Shown: positions 27,798-36,488 of the stretch, piece after piece
Layout: the number at the start of each line of letters is the position of its first letter
Position numbering within the stretch: position 1 is the first letter of the stretch
Virus record (IMG/VR): IMGVR_UViG_3300034072_002211
Location: 1 to 64,000 of that record
Reading direction: 5' to 3' (one strand)
DNA: 64,000 bases
Made by a program: the position numbers and the translations under genes
Notes under the pieces: model-generated
Seen by the model: the letters and a program-made list of their open reading frames with translations, nothing else
Told to the model about the DNA's origin: nothing
Databases searched by the model: none

Positions 27798-28178
27798 TCA
27801 GACCAACTTCATTGGCGTGGGCAGGGCAACGTAGGCGCCTGTCTTGGGATAACGGATGTGGGTTGCGGTGGTCGTCCCGTCCTCTTGGATCTCCACGCGG
27901 AAGTAGATCTCCAGCCCCGAATAGCGGAAGTTGTCGCTACAGCTTTCCGGGAGGTTGAGCTGGATGGCGTCATGATCCCGCGAGTCCTTGGTGGACCCTA
28001 CCTGATAGTCGTCCCAGATGATGGGAAACTTGGGCTTCTTGGCCTCTTCCTCACGGCGAGCCAGCTCAGCCTGCATCCGCTGGATCTGCCCCTGTAGGTC
28101 CTCGTCGCTCTTCCCGGCGAAAGGATCGCGCTTGGGCGCGGTATCGTCAATACCACCGGGAAGAGGAGAAATGCTCAT
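27798..28178 (-). CDS. Hypothetical protein
   Basis: Start reassigned to MSISPL (ATGA overlap at 28175-28178); stop 1 nt before synthetase ATG. Confidence 0.7.
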   Translation of the reverse strand: MSISPLPGGIDDTAPKRDPFAGKSDEDLQGQIQRMQAELARREEEAKKPKFPIIWDDYQVGSTKDSRDHDAIQLNLPESCSDNFRYSGLEIYFRVEIQEDGTTTATHIRYPKTGAYVALPTPMKLV

Positions 28179-28696
28179 TTGAATGCTCCAAGGGCAACGA
28201 GAATCAGACCTAGGATCACAGCCATAGTGCCAATAATCAGCGTGGGAAAGCTGATTCCTTTCTTCACGACCTGTGGTGCAGGTGGAGTTGGCTTGACCGG
28301 CTCGGGCTTGGGAACGCGAATGCCCAACGAACCACCCCAATCGAGATTGTCCCAGGGGATGCCACCCCGATTGTTGTTGCCCATACTGTGGCCGGTGCGG
28401 ATAAACAGGTTCTCCGAAGCGGCCCAAGCATCCAACTCACGCCACACCGCATTGTAGGGGCTCTGAGGGTTGCTATGGGAGTTCTTGTAGCCAGCATCCA
28501 GAGGAGCGGCAAAGAGATGCCGGATCTCTTTGGGAGCCAGGACGGGAGCATAGTCATTCCCGCCCTTGTCGATTTGTGTTGTCAGCGCGTTGAGGAGGTC
28601 CTCTTTGACAAACTTACGGAGCATGTCCGACCTGCGCGTCACTCGTTCCTGGCGGCGCAGTTCTTCAGTTTGCTTCAGTTGTTCACCAATCGACAC
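28175..28696 (-). CDS. Hypothetical C-terminally membrane-anchored protein
   Basis: GTG 28696 with GAGG RBS just downstream of tRNA; C-terminal TM LIIGTMAVILGLILVALG. Confidence 0.65.
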   Translation of the reverse strand: MSIGEQLKQTEELRRQERVTRRSDMLRKFVKEDLLNALTTQIDKGGNDYAPVLAPKEIRHLFAAPLDAGYKNSHSNPQSPYNAVWRELDAWAASENLFIRTGHSMGNNNRGGIPWDNLDWGGSLGIRVPKPEPVKPTPPAPQVVKKGISFPTLIIGTMAVILGLILVALGAFK

Positions 28697-28716
28697 TACA
28701 CTGACCTCACAAGTTT

Positions 28717-28792
28717 TGGCGCTCCCGGTGGGGCTCGAACCCACGACCCGCAGATTTAGAGTCCGCTGCTCTGCCAGCTGAGCTACGGGAGC
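28717..28792 (-). tRNA. Amber suppressor tRNA, anticodon CUA
   Basis: 76 nt: GCTCCCG-TA-GCTC-AGCTGGCA-GAGC-A-GCGGA-CTCTAAA-TCTGC-GGGTC-GTGGG-TTCGAGC-CCCAC-CGGGAGC-G-CCA; 7-bp acceptor, D-loop GG, U33, anticodon CTA at 28757-28759, encoded CCA. Confidence 0.95.
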
Positions 28793-28803
28793 ATGTAACC
28801 TGT

Positions 28804-29262
28804 TTAGGACTTTTTCTCCAAAGCGTCAAGCCGTGCGGCAATTTCCTGGACCAGTCGCAGCGTCTCCTCAGAGTTCTGCTTGATCTGCTCCTGCTCATCA
28901 TGAGTCCAGGCGTTGCTGTCTACGATCATGTGGGCGGCCAGCTTGGCCGTGATGATCGGTGCCACGAGGAAGGAGCAGATGTGCATGAAGATTGCGCCGA
29001 AGAATCGGCTGCTCGTGTGGGTTGGCGAATAGTCGCCATAGCCGACGGTGGTCGCCGTGACGCTGGCCCACCAGTAGCCCTCTGCGAGCTTCTTGCCCTC
29101 GATGAAGCTGAACATGACCGCTGCGAGGGTCATGATCAGTAGGTATGCGATCAACAGGCTGAATAACCGGTTGAACATCTTTTGCATCAGCGTGAGCTCT
29201 TGTCCCGCATGGACTGCGGTGCTCAGGATGTCGCTACCGGCTTGTTCGATCTGTCTACGCAT
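28804..29262 (-). CDS. Two-TM potassium channel (KcsA/Ion_trans_2-like)
   Basis: YWWASVTATTVGYGDYSP selectivity filter flanked by TM helices; GGAGG RBS. Confidence 0.9.
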   Translation of the reverse strand: MRRQIEQAGSDILSTAVHAGQELTLMQKMFNRLFSLLIAYLLIMTLAAVMFSFIEGKKLAEGYWWASVTATTVGYGDYSPTHTSSRFFGAIFMHICSFLVAPIITAKLAAHMIVDSNAWTHDEQEQIKQNSEETLRLVQEIAARLDALEKKS

Positions 29263-29360
29263 TTGTGCCTCCTTTCCTGAACCGTAACACAGGAGAGCAG
29301 CCTGTCAACAGAAAAGGGCGCCAGTTTCCTGACGCCCTTATAACCGTAGTGAGCTGTCGG

Positions 29361-29951
29361 TTAATTCAGCTCGCTATACTTGCTCGCCATGCCGTCCGAC
29401 ATGCGCTGGAGCATTCCAGCCAGCGTCTTGTAGATCGTGTTGAACACACGGACCAGGAAGTCGCCGAGGAAAGTCTCGAGCAGCGAGAAAGGCCAGAACA
29501 CCATCCAGGTCGTGATACGACCCTTGTTGTGACGAACCATGCGGTTGTAGTTGACGTCCAGACGTGCCACGTCGTGCTGGTCGTTGAACTCCTTGCGGAC
29601 TGCCGGATCAGCAGGCATCTCGTCGAGACCCTTGCGCTTCAGGAAGTTGTAGCGAAGCTCTTCATACTTCTCGAACAGTGCCGGAAGGAAGAACGCGCGC
29701 CACTTGATGGTCGCCCAGAGAGCTGCCACGCCCAGATAGCCCAGGAAACCATAGAGATAGTAGATCGGCGGAATGCCAGCGAGCAGCTTGACCGTGTTGG
29801 TCAGTGCGACGACCGCCGCAACTGCGGCGAGGAGGGTAAAGGCGGCCCAGCCGACCTTCTCCTCATGAACCTGGGTCGTGATGACCAGGGCAACAATGCC
29901 GACGATGCTCCAGAACAGGAGACCGCCGAACGTAACGATATCCCAAAGCAT
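29361..29951 (-). CDS. Membrane protein
   Basis: Three or four hydrophobic segments in N-terminal half. Confidence 0.7.
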   Translation of the reverse strand: MLWDIVTFGGLLFWSIVGIVALVITTQVHEEKVGWAAFTLLAAVAAVVALTNTVKLLAGIPPIYYLYGFLGYLGVAALWATIKWRAFFLPALFEKYEELRYNFLKRKGLDEMPADPAVRKEFNDQHDVARLDVNYNRMVRHNKGRITTWMVFWPFSLLETFLGDFLVRVFNTIYKTLAGMLQRMSDGMASKYSELN

Positions 29952-31304
29952 TTAGGACTTCCTCCATTCGGTGCCGTGAACGCCATCGGCCAGCGTGATC
30001 CCCATATCAGTGAGCTGCTGACGGATCCTATCAGCCTCCCCGTAGTTTTTGGCCCTACGTGCCTCTTGACGAGCCGCAATTAGAGCCTCGACAGCCTCCT
30101 TGTCAACACCAAGTGTCCGCCATTGGTGCGGAGTATGGTTAAAGAGACCGAGAAACTGACCAGCCTTGATCAGTCGAGCCTTTGCGGGCGCCTTGTCCTT
30201 GGCATGGTCGAGGTCATCTGCGAGTCTATGGAGGACAGACAGAGCTGTGGTGGTATTGAGGTCCTGCGATAGCGCAGAGATGATCTCTGCTGGCACATCA
30301 ACGTCCTCGGCGTAGTTGAGCTCGTCGTGCCGATAGAGGACCTCATAGAGCCCGTCGAGGGCACGATGCGCCATGTCCAGCTTGTCCATAGTAAAGTCCA
30401 TGGGCGAGCGGTAATGTGACTGCATGAAGAGGTAACGAACGCTCTCCGCGGGATACTGATCGAAAAGCTCGTTCAAGAGGATCACGTTGCCGCGGCTCTT
30501 GCTCATCTTTTCGCCATTCACTGTCAGGAGACCGTTGTGTATCCAGTAGTTGGCAAGCGGAGCACCGTTGTGGTGGCACTGGCTCTGAGCGCACTCGGCT
30601 TCATGATGCGGAAAGCGCAGATCCTGACCACCACCGTGAATGTCGATTGTTGGACGTGCGAACGTGTGGTTGATCATGGCCGAGCATTCAATATGCCAAC
30701 CCGGCCGCCCCTGGCCCCAAGGCGAGAACCAGCTTGGCTCGCCCAGCTTTGCGGGTTTCCAGAGCACGAAATCTCTGGGGTCCTTTTTCTTGGGATCGAC
30801 CTCAACCCGTGAACCCGCTTCCGTGTGGGTGTGATTTGCGAGACCGGGATGGGGATTGCTGGGAACGTGGAAGAAAACCTCCCCGTCCACCGCATAGGCA
30901 TAGCCGTGATCGATCAGTGCGATGATCATGGCAATCATACCAGGAATGTGCTGGGTGGCCCTTGGTTCCACAGTGGGCGGCAAGCAAGCCAGAGCCTCGA
31001 GATCCATATGGTAGGCCGCGAGTGCCGTGTCAGTGATCTGGCTGATCGGAACACCGCGCTCGATTGATGCTGCGATGATCTTGTCATCCACGTCCGTGAT
31101 GTTGCGGACATAGCGGACTTCGCGCTCTCCGTAGACGTGGCGCAGAAGCCGGAAGACCTGGTCGAACACGATGGCTGGGCGCGCGTTACCGATATGCGCT
31201 GGCCCATAGACCGTTGGACCACAGACATACATAGCCACCTGCTGCGAAAACGCAGGCTTGAACTCTTCCACTTGGCGGCTCTGACTGTTGTAGAATGTGA
31301 TCAT
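29952..31304 (-). CDS. cysS: Cysteinyl-tRNA synthetase
   Basis: MYVCGPTVY, HIGN, NITDVDDKII, GRPGWHIECSAM, DIHGGGQDLRFPHHEAE, KMSKS, C-terminal ADRIRQQL...I.L.D. Confidence 0.97.
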   Translation of the reverse strand: MITFYNSQSRQVEEFKPAFSQQVAMYVCGPTVYGPAHIGNARPAIVFDQVFRLLRHVYGEREVRYVRNITDVDDKIIAASIERGVPISQITDTALAAYHMDLEALACLPPTVEPRATQHIPGMIAMIIALIDHGYAYAVDGEVFFHVPSNPHPGLANHTHTEAGSRVEVDPKKKDPRDFVLWKPAKLGEPSWFSPWGQGRPGWHIECSAMINHTFARPTIDIHGGGQDLRFPHHEAECAQSQCHHNGAPLANYWIHNGLLTVNGEKMSKSRGNVILLNELFDQYPAESVRYLFMQSHYRSPMDFTMDKLDMAHRALDGLYEVLYRHDELNYAEDVDVPAEIISALSQDLNTTTALSVLHRLADDLDHAKDKAPAKARLIKAGQFLGLFNHTPHQWRTLGVDKEAVEALIAARQEARRAKNYGEADRIRQQLTDMGITLADGVHGTEWRKS

Positions 31305-31342
31305 CTGTCCTATCTACGACAGATAGGCTTGATGTCAACCAA

Positions 31343-31666
31343 TCATCGACCGCCCAATGTGAGCTTACACATCAAGGCGGTATTGAGATCCGTGAAGCCA
31401 ATCTCGACCAAGGGCGCTTGGTAGTTCAAGAGACTTCTATAGCCTCCTACACCACCTGGATATTCCTTTCCATGGGCGGTATATCGCATCAGGCCCTTGC
31501 CATGTGCTTTGAACCACTTCTGGAGATCAACTCCATTGTTGCTCACAACGGTCCAGTCCTGACCCTTGATGCGAGGACAAAGCCAGGTCTTGAGTTCAGC
31601 ATCATGGAGGACCACCCGGTAGCTGTAAAGGGTTGTCCAGTGCCACCAGCGGCGCCACCGTCCCAT
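31343..31666 (-). CDS. Hypothetical protein, FxxxxDAxxFKL family (start uncertain)
   Basis: DLQKWFKAHG...IGFTDLNTALMCKLTLGG; ATG 31666 avoids overlap with upstream gene. Confidence 0.55.
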   Translation of the reverse strand: MGRWRRWWHWTTLYSYRVVLHDAELKTWLCPRIKGQDWTVVSNNGVDLQKWFKAHGKGLMRYTAHGKEYPGGVGGYRSLLNYQAPLVEIGFTDLNTALMCKLTLGGR

Positions 31667-31694
31667 GACCCTTACGAAATCACTGGATAGTGGC

Positions 31695-32534
31695 TTATTC
31701 CAGATCCAGACCGGACCACTCTCTAAGAGCCGCTCGGCTAACGCCTTCAACGACTTTTGCCAAGTCGCAAGCATAGAGTCCCGCGCAGCTGAATCCGTTG
31801 AGTTCGACAATGCGAGGTCCTTCCGCAGTTAGCGCAACGTCACAGGTATAGGCAATGTCAACTTGCCACTCATGATCAGCTACCATTTGCGCCAAGTCCC
31901 AGCATTCCTGGGGCCAATCACGCCTGATGTCAAGCTTGCCATCCCAGCGATATTCGGATGCTGCGATAACTTGCTTGTCGGCAATCACAAAACGGAATTC
32001 ACCCTGGATATCAATACCAGGATTCACAAAGCACATGGTTTCATCCATGACACCAGAGAGCTTGTCTAGCGTCTCGATATCATGGTCGATTGTGCCATAC
32101 ATCATGCGCTGACCCGCAAAGGTCTTGAACCCACTATCGGGGCGCAGAAACAGCATGTTGGTATCGTGCTGATAGAATAGATCCCGGCGACGTTGCTTGA
32201 ACATCGCCCAGGTCATGAACACGCCGTCACGGTTGAGAAACCAGTAGATCGGCAAATTGCTCATGTAGGCGGAGGCACGAGTCCGCTCGTTTACACCCAG
32301 ATGCCCTGGCTGAAATCTTCCGTCGGGATTGACGGCTTTGACGAAGCTGTGTGATCCAAAAAGAATCGTGCATTCATCAGGTCGAGGAGCCACACTGGCG
32401 TAGGACCCGTCAGCGTTGCGTTCAACTCCGACAACTTCATAGCCTGCGGCTCGAATGGTATCGGGGAGGCCTCGCCTATCATGCGTGAGCCTTTCTAGGA
32501 TCTGATTGTCAAGAATCCAGGTAATGGGTGCCAT
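31695..32534 (-). CDS. ATP-grasp domain protein (DUF4343/R2K-like)
   Basis: FLRPDSGFKTFAG, EFRFVI, YTCDVA, IVELNGFSCAGLY. Confidence 0.75.
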   Translation of the reverse strand: MAPITWILDNQILERLTHDRRGLPDTIRAAGYEVVGVERNADGSYASVAPRPDECTILFGSHSFVKAVNPDGRFQPGHLGVNERTRASAYMSNLPIYWFLNRDGVFMTWAMFKQRRRDLFYQHDTNMLFLRPDSGFKTFAGQRMMYGTIDHDIETLDKLSGVMDETMCFVNPGIDIQGEFRFVIADKQVIAASEYRWDGKLDIRRDWPQECWDLAQMVADHEWQVDIAYTCDVALTAEGPRIVELNGFSCAGLYACDLAKVVEGVSRAALREWSGLDLE

Positions 32535-32574
32535 CCAATCATATTAAGACTGGATAGCACCCAAGTCAACCTGT

Positions 32575-32976
32575 TTAGGCTGCGCGACGAACGTCCTCGT
32601 CGTAAGCCTTCTCGAACGGCAATTCTGTCGAGATCTCAACATCGTCGCCGATCGCCTCCACGCTCATATTGGCCTGAGCCATAAGCGTGATCATCATTTT
32701 GCGGATCTGCTCCGACATCTTGATGACTTTGACGTCTGCGTCCATGGCCTGATCGCGTCGGATGCGATGTAGTTCATCCTTGGCGGCCCTGCGAGCCTCA
32801 TTGATGAACATACGAGTCACGACGTCCTCAACCACGTCTGTTCCGACGGGGGTTGGACCCATGAGCATTTCCGGCGCAATCTGGGTGAGATCCAGATTGA
32901 ACGAAACCTTGAACTTAGACACTATCGATCTCCCTACTGGGACCTCCAATACGGAAAAGGGAGGTTGTTTAGGCAT
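32575..32976 (-). CDS. Hypothetical protein
   Basis: 133-aa ORF with coding-like codon usage. Confidence 0.65.
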   Translation of the reverse strand: MPKQPPFSVLEVPVGRSIVSKFKVSFNLDLTQIAPEMLMGPTPVGTDVVEDVVTRMFINEARRAAKDELHRIRRDQAMDADVKVIKMSEQIRKMMITLMAQANMSVEAIGDDVEISTELPFEKAYDEDVRRAA

Positions 32977-33094
32977 TTGGAGCGAACTCCATTAGGCCCT
33001 AGAGCCCTTTTCCGATCTGCGCCTAAGCAACGCAAATCGTTTAGCAGAATTGCGCCTACGCGCCAAGCGAAAATTGTCAAGAAATAACACACCC

Positions 33095-33439
33095 TTAAAT
33101 AAGGGCTGGACCACTTAGGGAAACGGTGTTGCTATGAAAGCACACAAAGAGTGGCATCTCGGGTTTGCTGTAGAGAGAATGTGGGCCCATTTTGAAATAC
33201 AGGGCCTCACGCACGTCTTTGAAAACAATGCGAATATAAGTGTGAACCTTGTGGTCGGCTGTTTGGGCTACCTCTTCCAACTGTGTTAGGTCCCAAGGGC
33301 TTTTACAGTTCTTGAAAAGCCATGCTTCGATGAAGCTGTAGAGGAGATCAACAGTCATTTTCTTGAGATGCGAAACCTCAAGGGTGACCGTAAACCCATC
33401 GGCCAGAGTCTTTTCGTGCGACTCTCTTAGCAAGTTCAT
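33095..33439 (-). CDS. Hypothetical protein, FxxxxDAxxFKL family
   Basis: FIEAWLFKNCKSPW...IVFKDVREALYFKM. Confidence 0.6.
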   Translation of the reverse strand: MNLLRESHEKTLADGFTVTLEVSHLKKMTVDLLYSFIEAWLFKNCKSPWDLTQLEEVAQTADHKVHTYIRIVFKDVREALYFKMGPHSLYSKPEMPLFVCFHSNTVSLSGPALI

Positions 33440-33449
33440 CCCTTATTTA

Positions 33450-33479
33450 TGAGCCGTGCTAGGGGTATAGCACGGCTCA
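33450..33479 (-). terminator. 12-bp hairpin downstream of RNA ligase
   Basis: TGAGCCGTGCTA-N6-TAGCACGGCTCA, immediately followed on - strand by TAAATA. Confidence 0.6.
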
Positions 33480-33488
33480 CAGGGTGGA

Positions 33489-34691
33489 TCACTCGCTTAG
33501 ACTGTTGTCCCGGTAATCAGACCAGCTCGCCCCTCCCCAGAGGTGCCGCATGGCATTGACCTTGCTCTGACTACCAAGCTGCGAGCCCACAAACTTGATG
33601 ATGTTGGCGTAAACGCCTTCTTCGCCCTCGTCCAAACGATCCCAGGCAGTGAACTTGAAGCCCTGGAGACCATCATTGACCTTGGTCACCTTCTCCGCGA
33701 ACTTCTTCTTGCTGCCGTTGAGGTTGTCGAACTCAGCCTGGACTTCCCAGAAGATGTCACTGGCCAGCTTCTTCAACCCGGTGAAGATGGTCTTGGCGAA
33801 GTCGTCGCTAGCCTTGACTAGATCCTCGGGCAGGAAGGGCTTTGCATCATCCAGCTTCTCGTCCACAATGAGACGGATCACATCCTTCTCATGGGTCAAG
33901 TGCTCAAGCGTCTTGTGGAGTAGCGAATACCACTCGCCCTTCAACTTGAGCATGGTGCCATCGGGCCAACGCAGAACGTCGCCTTCTTCACCCTCGATTG
34001 CTCGGATCTCTTCAATCATCTCCTCGTCCAGGCCATCCTGGAGAGAAGAGAACGAGCAGCAAGGAATGCCATAAGCGGCTGCTTCTTCCTTGAGCTCAGG
34101 TGCATCCATGTATTCACCGGTGGTGTTGTCACGGATTGCGGTGAGAACCAGCTGAGTCACAGGATAGTCGATGACGATCCGCTGAATACGAGAGCACCAC
34201 TCAAAGATTGGAGTCTTGCCTTGGCTCATCCAATACTTGCAGAACTCGTGATACTCAACACGGTCCTTGGCCCACTCGTCAACGGGCGCAGCCACGCCAG
34301 TGAGGCCCATCTTAGTGCAGAAGCGCACCTGACCCTTGATCAACAGAGGCGTGATCATAGATCCGTCTAGCTTCTTGAAGCGACGGTAGGGCTTGGACCA
34401 GTCCACATTCTCAGGAAGCGTTTCGTTGCGCTCACCGAGGTTGAAGAACTTGTGATACTTGCGAGCAAGGACCTTGCCAGTGGCCGTGTCAAACGTGATG
34501 CCGCGGCATTCACGCAGGAGCGCCGTCCGGCGATCGGTCACAGGTGGGAAGGTGTCCTCGAAGTTGACCAGATAGTTGACGACCGTGTAGCCGTGCTCTT
34601 CGTCAACCTTGACCACGAACTCTTCACGGCCCTCAATGGCCTCAAGGATTTCACTCAAGTGAGTGATCGTGGGAAACTGATAGTGAGTCAT
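33489..34691 (-). CDS. rnl1: RNA ligase 1 (T4 Rnl1-like)
   Basis: ECRGITFD...KYHKFFNLGE, motif I KLDGS, IFEWCS, EGDV, LKLKGEWY. Confidence 0.9.
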   Translation of the reverse strand: MTHYQFPTITHLSEILEAIEGREEFVVKVDEEHGYTVVNYLVNFEDTFPPVTDRRTALLRECRGITFDTATGKVLARKYHKFFNLGERNETLPENVDWSKPYRRFKKLDGSMITPLLIKGQVRFCTKMGLTGVAAPVDEWAKDRVEYHEFCKYWMSQGKTPIFEWCSRIQRIVIDYPVTQLVLTAIRDNTTGEYMDAPELKEEAAAYGIPCCSFSSLQDGLDEEMIEEIRAIEGEEGDVLRWPDGTMLKLKGEWYSLLHKTLEHLTHEKDVIRLIVDEKLDDAKPFLPEDLVKASDDFAKTIFTGLKKLASDIFWEVQAEFDNLNGSKKKFAEKVTKVNDGLQGFKFTAWDRLDEGEEGVYANIIKFVGSQLGSQSKVNAMRHLWGGASWSDYRDNSLSE

Positions 34692-34780
34692 AGGTGGCCC
34701 CTGGGCAGAAATCGATCTGCGGCAGATTAGGACTAAGCAGGGAGCGCGATGGCTCCCTGCGTCTCAGGCCACGGTTAGGA

Positions 34781-35398
34781 TTACTTGATTGTCACTCGGA
34801 AACGGCGGATGTAATCTTCCACGTTCCCAAGGGCTGTCGCATTGTTGCTCAGGACGCGGAGATAGAGATCATCCCCATCCTTCAGCAACCCACCGGGGCC
34901 GTCTATTGCGGTGCCGGGACCCACATAAGCGACAAATACCTCATCAGCCGGAATGGCATCGCCCACATAAACAGCAATGCCGCCAATAGCAACGCCTTTC
35001 TTTTCCCAGCGACCCACGGTCTCCTGAGGGACCGACTGGAAGCCATTAGAGCCGATAGCCGTATAGGCATCCTCTAGCTTTTGGTAGACATCGCGACCCA
35101 TGAGAATCACATTGCCAGAGCCACGGCGCGAGCAAGAAGCAATAGTGTTGCCGTAGCGCATTGCCTGGATCAGGATACCAGCAAAGACCTCCGGGACCTG
35201 TTTACCATCAGTATCAACCTCATGGTCGATAACAGAACCAACCGCTAGGAGAACGTCTTCGGCTTCCTCCACGCTGGCCACCAGTTGGCAGTCAGCGGGA
35301 GTTACCTTCTCCATCTTGATAGCAATCCCACTTGCGGTCGCGCTCACGCGGACCTCGTAGGAAACATTGCCATGAATGGTGGGGAACAGCGGGCTCAC
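34781..35398 (-). CDS. Small protein resembling the C-terminal part of T4 gp23/gp24 capsid proteins
   Basis: [23 protein letters not shown] and [20 protein letters not shown]...IDG echo gp23 motifs (RRGxGNFIIxS; YIDPY...VGYKG). Confidence 0.5.
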   Translation of the reverse strand: MSPLFPTIHGNVSYEVRVSATASGIAIKMEKVTPADCQLVASVEEAEDVLLAVGSVIDHEVDTDGKQVPEVFAGILIQAMRYGNTIASCSRRGSGNVILMGRDVYQKLEDAYTAIGSNGFQSVPQETVGRWEKKGVAIGGIAVYVGDAIPADEVFVAYVGPGTAIDGPGGLLKDGDDLYLRVLSNNATALGNVEDYIRRFRVTIK

Positions 35399-36015
35399 GG
35401 ACGGTGCTCGATGACCTTGTCGCCGAGACCCATCGCGACTGCTTCTTCAGCCGAGAGGAAAGTGTCGAACTTCATGCTCTCGAACATCTCCTCGTAGGTC
35501 TTGCCGGCGGTGTTGTGGCGCACGTAGAGCTCAGTGAGGCGCTGGTTGATGCGCTCCGACTCTTCGAACGAACGCTTGGCATCCTCGAACTGCAGGGCCT
35601 GGACGTGGACCGAACCGCTGGTGCCACGAGTGCCCGACGACACGCGATGAATCATGGTGCGCGACTCGGGAAGCAGGTAACGCTTGCCAGCAGCACCCGC
35701 CTGGGCCAGGAACGAACCCATCGAGCAAGCCTGACCCATGACCAACGTGGCCACGTCCGGCTTGATGAAGCGCATGGTGTCATAGATTGCCAGACCGGCA
35801 GTCACCGCGCCACCCGGCGAGTTGATGTAGAGCCAGATGTCCTTGGTGGGATCCTCGGACTCGAGGAACAGAAGCTGGGCGCAAACAATCTGCGCCATGT
35901 GGTCTTCAACCTCGCCATTGAGGAACACGATGCGCTCCTTGAGCAGGCGCGAGTAGATGTCGTAAGCGCGCTCGCCGCGACCCGTCGTCTCAATGACCGT
36001 TGGAACCAGTGCCAT
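35395..36015 (-). CDS. clpP: ATP-dependent Clp protease proteolytic subunit
   Basis: [37 protein letters not shown], catalytic [21 protein letters not shown]. Confidence 0.97.
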   Translation of the reverse strand: MALVPTVIETTGRGERAYDIYSRLLKERIVFLNGEVEDHMAQIVCAQLLFLESEDPTKDIWLYINSPGGAVTAGLAIYDTMRFIKPDVATLVMGQACSMGSFLAQAGAAGKRYLLPESRTMIHRVSSGTRGTSGSVHVQALQFEDAKRSFEESERINQRLTELYVRHNTAGKTYEEMFESMKFDTFLSAEEAVAMGLGDKVIEHRP

Positions 36016-36082
36016 AAACCGAAAACTCCTTGCGTTACTTCACCGTGTTACAACCAGTAGAACACCAGCTGCAATATTCTTG

Positions 36083-36421
36083 TCACATATTTTCGTAGGC
36101 CTGATGACCGCCGCGAAGCTTGAACATCAGCGCATCATTCTTGTCCTCAAACCGCACGACCATGACGTGGTCGTTGGTCTTACCTCGGGGGCTCTGATAG
36201 TTGTAGGTAGCCCAGCGGCCGGGGCAGTTCTCGTTGAGCCACTGCTCGACCTTCCTAGGGGCATCGTATGCGTCCGGAACAACAAATTGCGTCCGAACCC
36301 AGTCGAGGTTCATTGGGCCCAAGTGCGACTTGCGGAACAATGCTTCAGTGGGGATCTCGAAATCAGTGAACTTGAGACTTGCTGGCTTTTCCATACGTCC
36401 AGCATATGGCGAGTCGCTCAC
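36083..36421 (-). CDS. Hypothetical protein, FxxxxDAxxFKL family
   Basis: VEQWLNENCPGRW...VRFEDKNDALMFKLRGG. Confidence 0.75.
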   Translation of the reverse strand: MSDSPYAGRMEKPASLKFTDFEIPTEALFRKSHLGPMNLDWVRTQFVVPDAYDAPRKVEQWLNENCPGRWATYNYQSPRGKTNDHVMVVRFEDKNDALMFKLRGGHQAYENM

Positions 36422-36440
36422 CAGAGTCTATATTGGTGAC

Positions 36441-36466
36441 AAAAAAGAGCCCCGCAGAGCGGGGCT
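36441..36466 (-). terminator. Rho-independent terminator
   Basis: AGCCCCGC-tct-GCGGGGCT followed by CTTTTTT on - strand. Confidence 0.85.
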
Positions 36467-36488
36467 AGTTGGCAGCAAACACAAGGAG

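Noticed and set aside
28752-28764. Reading the tRNA as Arg(UCU)
   Set aside because: The anticodon stem GCGGA/TCTGC fixes a 7-nt loop CTCTAAA with U33 and CTA at 34-36; position count from the 5' end confirms.
32969-32992. 7-codon uORF MEFAPNA upstream of 32575 ORF
   Set aside because: Ends in TAA, no clear RBS or TSS proximity; likely chance.
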